A program made the translations under genes and the position numbers. A model generated the notes under the pieces. It was not told where the DNA came from. It saw only the letters and a program-made list of their open reading frames with translations, and ran no database searches. Of a DNA stretch of 64,000 nucleotides, positions 60,764 through 64,000 are shown piece after piece (within the stretch, counting starts at the first letter, position 1; each line of letters begins with the position of its first letter). Source of the stretch: Veillonella parvula (GTDB lineage Bacteria; Bacillota; Negativicutes; Veillonellales; Veillonellaceae). The DNA lies in assembly GCF_018366295.1 (NCBI RefSeq), contig NZ_JAGZIJ010000001.1, positions 484,462-548,461 of the forward strand, given 5' to 3'.

Positions 60764-61055
60764 ACGCCAGCCACCCTTCATACGTAAGATCCTTAAATTG
60801 ACGATTAATATTATATTCATCCTGGGACACGGCAAAGTAATATGTTATGATATTGCCCCTAACCTCTGCCACCAAGTACTGTCCCATGGCTGCAGCCCAG
60901 ACATGTTGCCCAGGCTGCAATCCATTCACAGTAATTTGTTGACGTCGATTAGGGATGTCAGATACATACATCCGTCCCTCGATACGTGTAAGCCTTTCCT
61001 TGAGATTTAGTATGATATTGCCGTTAGCATCATAAGCTAATACATGCGGTTCCAT
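60750..61055 (-). CDS. Phage hypothetical protein. Start at MEPHVLAYD with a GGAGG 7 nt upstream
   Basis: About 101 aa; its start overlaps the stop of the upstream tail gene. Confidence 0.45.
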   Translation of the reverse strand: MEPHVLAYDANGNIILNLKERLTRIEGRMYVSDIPNRRQQITVNGLQPGQHVWAAAMGQYLVAEVRGNIITYYFAVSQDEYNINRQFKDLTYEGWLAYGIY

Positions 61056-61063
61056 AATACCTC

Positions 61064-64000
61064 CTACCAGCACCCAAGTTTAATCCGAGGGTTATTGTCA
61101 TCATCAAAACCTGTAATAATATTATCTTGAATCTCAACACGAGCACCGGTCTCTCTCGAACGAAGTAACCCAATTGTACTGGACACCGCCGCTAAATTTT
61201 CAACATGTAATTTATCGGCGGTGACTGCGTTAGCCTGAATCATCTTATTAACAATGACGTTATCATCGAACTTAGTCGCTCCAGTGATGTGAATCAATTT
61301 CCCCGCAATGTATACTCCGGACTGACTGAGGTTAATGCGAGATACCAACTCGCCACCATCAATCTCGCCAATACTTTTTTTAACTTGTAAATCGATGCTA
61401 CCAGCTAACTCAGTAATGCGAGATTCCGTATGTGACGCCAAATTCGTAATTCTTCTAGTGGTCTCTTCAGAATTCTTATTGAATTTCTTATCAAGTTCCT
61501 TAATTCGTTCATCAACTTTATTCAGCCCGAGAGACTCAAGGTCTAGCAAGCTAGCATCAATTTGTGTCTTAATCACGACTTGCTTCTCGTTAACGAGTCC
61601 ATCTCCGAACACATCCACAAACGAGCAACGTATCCGATATATTCCGGCTGAGTTCGAATACGTCAGCATGGTGCTAGTAGTTTCAAAATCATCAGTACGT
61701 TCATCTCCGATCACGTGGCATCTGATTGCGTATGCTTGTGCTGGCTTAGTTGAGAAATAAAGATTAAATCCCCCTAACTGGCTTTTTACTACAAGCTCAG
61801 GCGCGGCCAACTGCGGAACGTTATACTCGTATGTTGCTGCAGTCGAGTATTTGCCCAACGTGCTGCGAGCATATAAATAAACAGTATCCGCTCGTTTAGA
61901 TAAGGTAAGTACAGCAGATGTACCTTTAACTCTTGCCAATAAAGTATTCGTATCTTTACCAGGATTATTATCGGTACGTAATTCGTAATAGTCGACGTCA
62001 GCATTCAGTACCTCATCCCATGATGCGGTGGCATTTCTGCTGAAAGTAATACCGAAATTACTAGGCATATCGGGTACCGCATCCATTGGTTTGACTATCA
62101 CATCAACCATTTGAGCTGTTTCTGCCCTGTTGCCAAATCGATCAACCGAAATTGCTTTGATTCGATATTCCTCACCAGGGCCTAATGATTTGATAATAAC
62201 CTGACTATTACTACTGCCAGCATACTGCCATTCTTGCCCCGCTACAGGCTTTCCGCTCTTCGACTTTAAGAGATACCAAATCTCCGCCACATCGAAATTG
62301 GCAGGATTACTAGGCGGGTCAAATAGCACTTGTAAGTCATAGTAAACACTTTTATCGGCAGTCTGATTATATCGACTGAGTACGTGCAAATTTTGCACAT
62401 CCTCAGGTGCTTGCATCTTAGGTATGGCTATAGATTTTGTTACGCCAGTAGTTAACTGTCCTAACTCATTAATTGCCTGCACGCGTACTTCATAGTTCGC
62501 GCCTAGCAGCACATCGGATATTGTGGTAGTATTTGTGGACGCTGGGTCGTTTCCGATATATGTCCACGTATCGCTTTTTACGTTTCGGTAATTCACGACT
62601 ACGTTTGAGACTTTTCCATCGCGAGGTAACTGCCACGTTACACCTATACGTGAATACATGATGCCATTAGTACCATAGACATCGCTCACTAACCCTACTG
62701 ATTGAATATCAGATGCACCATGATTCGTATAATCAATACTTGGCACCGTGCCATCATCTGATACATAGAGTTCTGGATAATATTCCATGCATTGGATCTT
62801 ACGGGTCATTTCTGATAGTGTCTTTGTAATAGCCAACACACGAAATGGCTTAGCCGATTTAGAGACCTCTCCGAATGCATATACCGCATCAGGCTGCACC
62901 GGTATAGCCTCTTTAACAATCACATTGAGACCTGATACATTTACTACGTTAAACGTAGAGACGATATCCGTAGAGTTGCTACGAATTAGTAACTGATAAT
63001 TCTTCCCTGGTTGTACCGACACTTCCTTGTCAAGTGTAATCGTCTGGCCACTTACCGCAACCACACGACCGCCCTCGCCCCATTCAGGTATGTCATGCTG
63101 GATTAATATTATGTCCCCTACCGTGCATGCTATGGCATCCGTAAACGCCTCTATTGTCACAGTACGTATTTCATATTTATTGCATCGCAAGAAATGCTTA
63201 CCGTGTTTATATGCCTGCTCAAGACTAGTACACCCCATGAGTTCAACTTGTGCCGGATTTGTTAGCGTATCCGACTCGTCGTAAGTATCCCCATATACTG
63301 GAATGACGTCTCGCTCATAATCCTTATCCTTATTAAGGAACGATATTTCAACAGAGTTAGCCCTAGCCTCCACACCTTGAAACTCTTCAGTAAAACTGCC
63401 GTGCTTTATATTGGCTACAGTAAACAACTGTACCGGTGTAGATTGATAATCACTAACACATGTGAACCTGGTTCCTACAGGAATTACTTTCCCTCGACCT
63501 ACTGCCTCTGGATACTTTAACGCATCCCATAATCGCATAGCGGTGTCGTATATATAGTTGAATGTAAACCCATTTGTTTTGCACTTATCTGCCCATGCCT
63601 TAAATGCGTTATAGTCAAGGCGCATATGGGGCTGTCCAAATACAATATATTCACCGCCAATCTTACGACAGATGTGGATTAAATCATAAGCAGCCCAAGC
63701 CGGGTTATCAGCTGGTTGTGCTTCATACTTATTGATGTACGGATTGAATGCATATACCTCTGAGCGCTCTTGAATCCATGTCACTTTTGGATCGGTGCCG
63801 CTTAACTGGGATGTAGCCAAGGCCTTAATTCCAATGAGGGCTTTTCCCGGATGCACGAAATCGTCATAAATAATTTGGGTTAGCTGCACCCAGTAGACCT
63901 TATTGACATGGCGCAGGCTTTTCCCATCTTTCGCACTGCAGCGCATGCGGATTTCATAACGCGCCTTTTCGAGATTGTCAAAGCGAAATACACGATAAAA
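61064..64000 (-). CDS. Phage tail host-specificity protein (lambda gpJ-like / Phage-tail_3 family with FN3-like repeats). The 5' end lies beyond the window
   Basis: At least 960 aa. The reading frame stays open to position 64000. Beta-rich repeats such as YEVRVQAINELG are FN3-like. Confidence 0.65.
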   Translation of the reverse strand, partial: FYRVFRFDNLEKARYEIRMRCSAKDGKSLRHVNKVYWVQLTQIIYDDFVHPGKALIGIKALATSQLSGTDPKVTWIQERSEVYAFNPYINKYEAQPADNPAWAAYDLIHICRKIGGEYIVFGQPHMRLDYNAFKAWADKCKTNGFTFNYIYDTAMRLWDALKYPEAVGRGKVIPVGTRFTCVSDYQSTPVQLFTVANIKHGSFTEEFQGVEARANSVEISFLNKDKDYERDVIPVYGDTYDESDTLTNPAQVELMGCTSLEQAYKHGKHFLRCNKYEIRTVTIEAFTDAIACTVGDIILIQHDIPEWGEGGRVVAVSGQTITLDKEVSVQPGKNYQLLIRSNSTDIVSTFNVVNVSGLNVIVKEAIPVQPDAVYAFGEVSKSAKPFRVLAITKTLSEMTRKIQCMEYYPELYVSDDGTVPSIDYTNHGASDIQSVGLVSDVYGTNGIMYSRIGVTWQLPRDGKVSNVVVNYRNVKSDTWTYIGNDPASTNTTTISDVLLGANYEVRVQAINELGQLTTGVTKSIAIPKMQAPEDVQNLHVLSRYNQTADKSVYYDLQVLFDPPSNPANFDVAEIWYLLKSKSGKPVAGQEWQYAGSSNSQVIIKSLGPGEEYRIKAISVDRFGNRAETAQMVDVIVKPMDAVPDMPSNFGITFSRNATASWDEVLNADVDYYELRTDNNPGKDTNTLLARVKGTSAVLTLSKRADTVYLYARSTLGKYSTAATYEYNVPQLAAPELVVKSQLGGFNLYFSTKPAQAYAIRCHVIGDERTDDFETTSTMLTYSNSAGIYRIRCSFVDVFGDGLVNEKQVVIKTQIDASLLDLESLGLNKVDERIKELDKKFNKNSEETTRRITNLASHTESRITELAGSIDLQVKKSIGEIDGGELVSRINLSQSGVYIAGKLIHITGATKFDDNVIVNKMIQANAVTADKLHVENLAAVSSTIGLLRSRETGARVEIQDNIITGFDDDNNPRIKLGCW

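Larger units (their letters stand above)
55703..64000. mobile_element. Prophage (late/lysis end). It has tail, tail-fibre, holin, endolysin and spanin genes plus a terminal accessory module, and it continues beyond the right edge
   Basis: A contiguous block of phage-like minus-strand genes abutting the housekeeping gene lspA. No integrase or att repeat is visible within the window. Confidence 0.75.

Overview
This 64 kb window looks like chromosomal DNA from a low-GC Firmicute. It has the Prp-processed L27 N-terminal extension, RNase Y, and the ymfM/rodZ-like...cinA-recA-recX-rny and recJ-relA...hisS-aspS syntenies. A phage lysis cassette carrying a spanin-like gene suggests a diderm (Negativicutes/Veillonella-like) host, but this is inference. 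Positions 1-55.6 kb are densely packed housekeeping genes, almost all on the minus strand. They include queD (partial), rpoD, dnaG, rny, recX, recA, cinA, rimO, ygiQ, a rodZ-like gene, ftsK, rarA, aspS, hisS, a HemN/HemZ-like radical SAM gene, fur, relA, recJ, hydG and a FecBCDE-type iron ABC importer. They continue with fetAB, the rplU-prp-rpmA operon with its leader, mntP, rng, the TIGR03960/TIGR03936 radical SAM pair, rodA, an orphan MinD-like ATPase, mrdA, mreDCB, radC, maf, ackA, tmcAL (plus strand), pyrR, rluD and lspA. From about 55.8 kb to the window end lies the late/lysis end of a prophage: a host-specificity (gpJ-like) tail protein, a tail-fibre protein, a holin, an amidase endolysin and a spanin-like gene. 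After a strong terminator comes a separately promoted accessory module of a 30-aa membrane peptide and an HTH protein, abutting lspA. Non-coding calls include a candidate 6S RNA downstream of aspS, a classic Fur box at the recJ operon promoter, a (CACAG)13 microsatellite between maf and radC, four phased direct repeats upstream of queD, and several intrinsic terminators. No rRNA, tRNA or CRISPR array was recognised.
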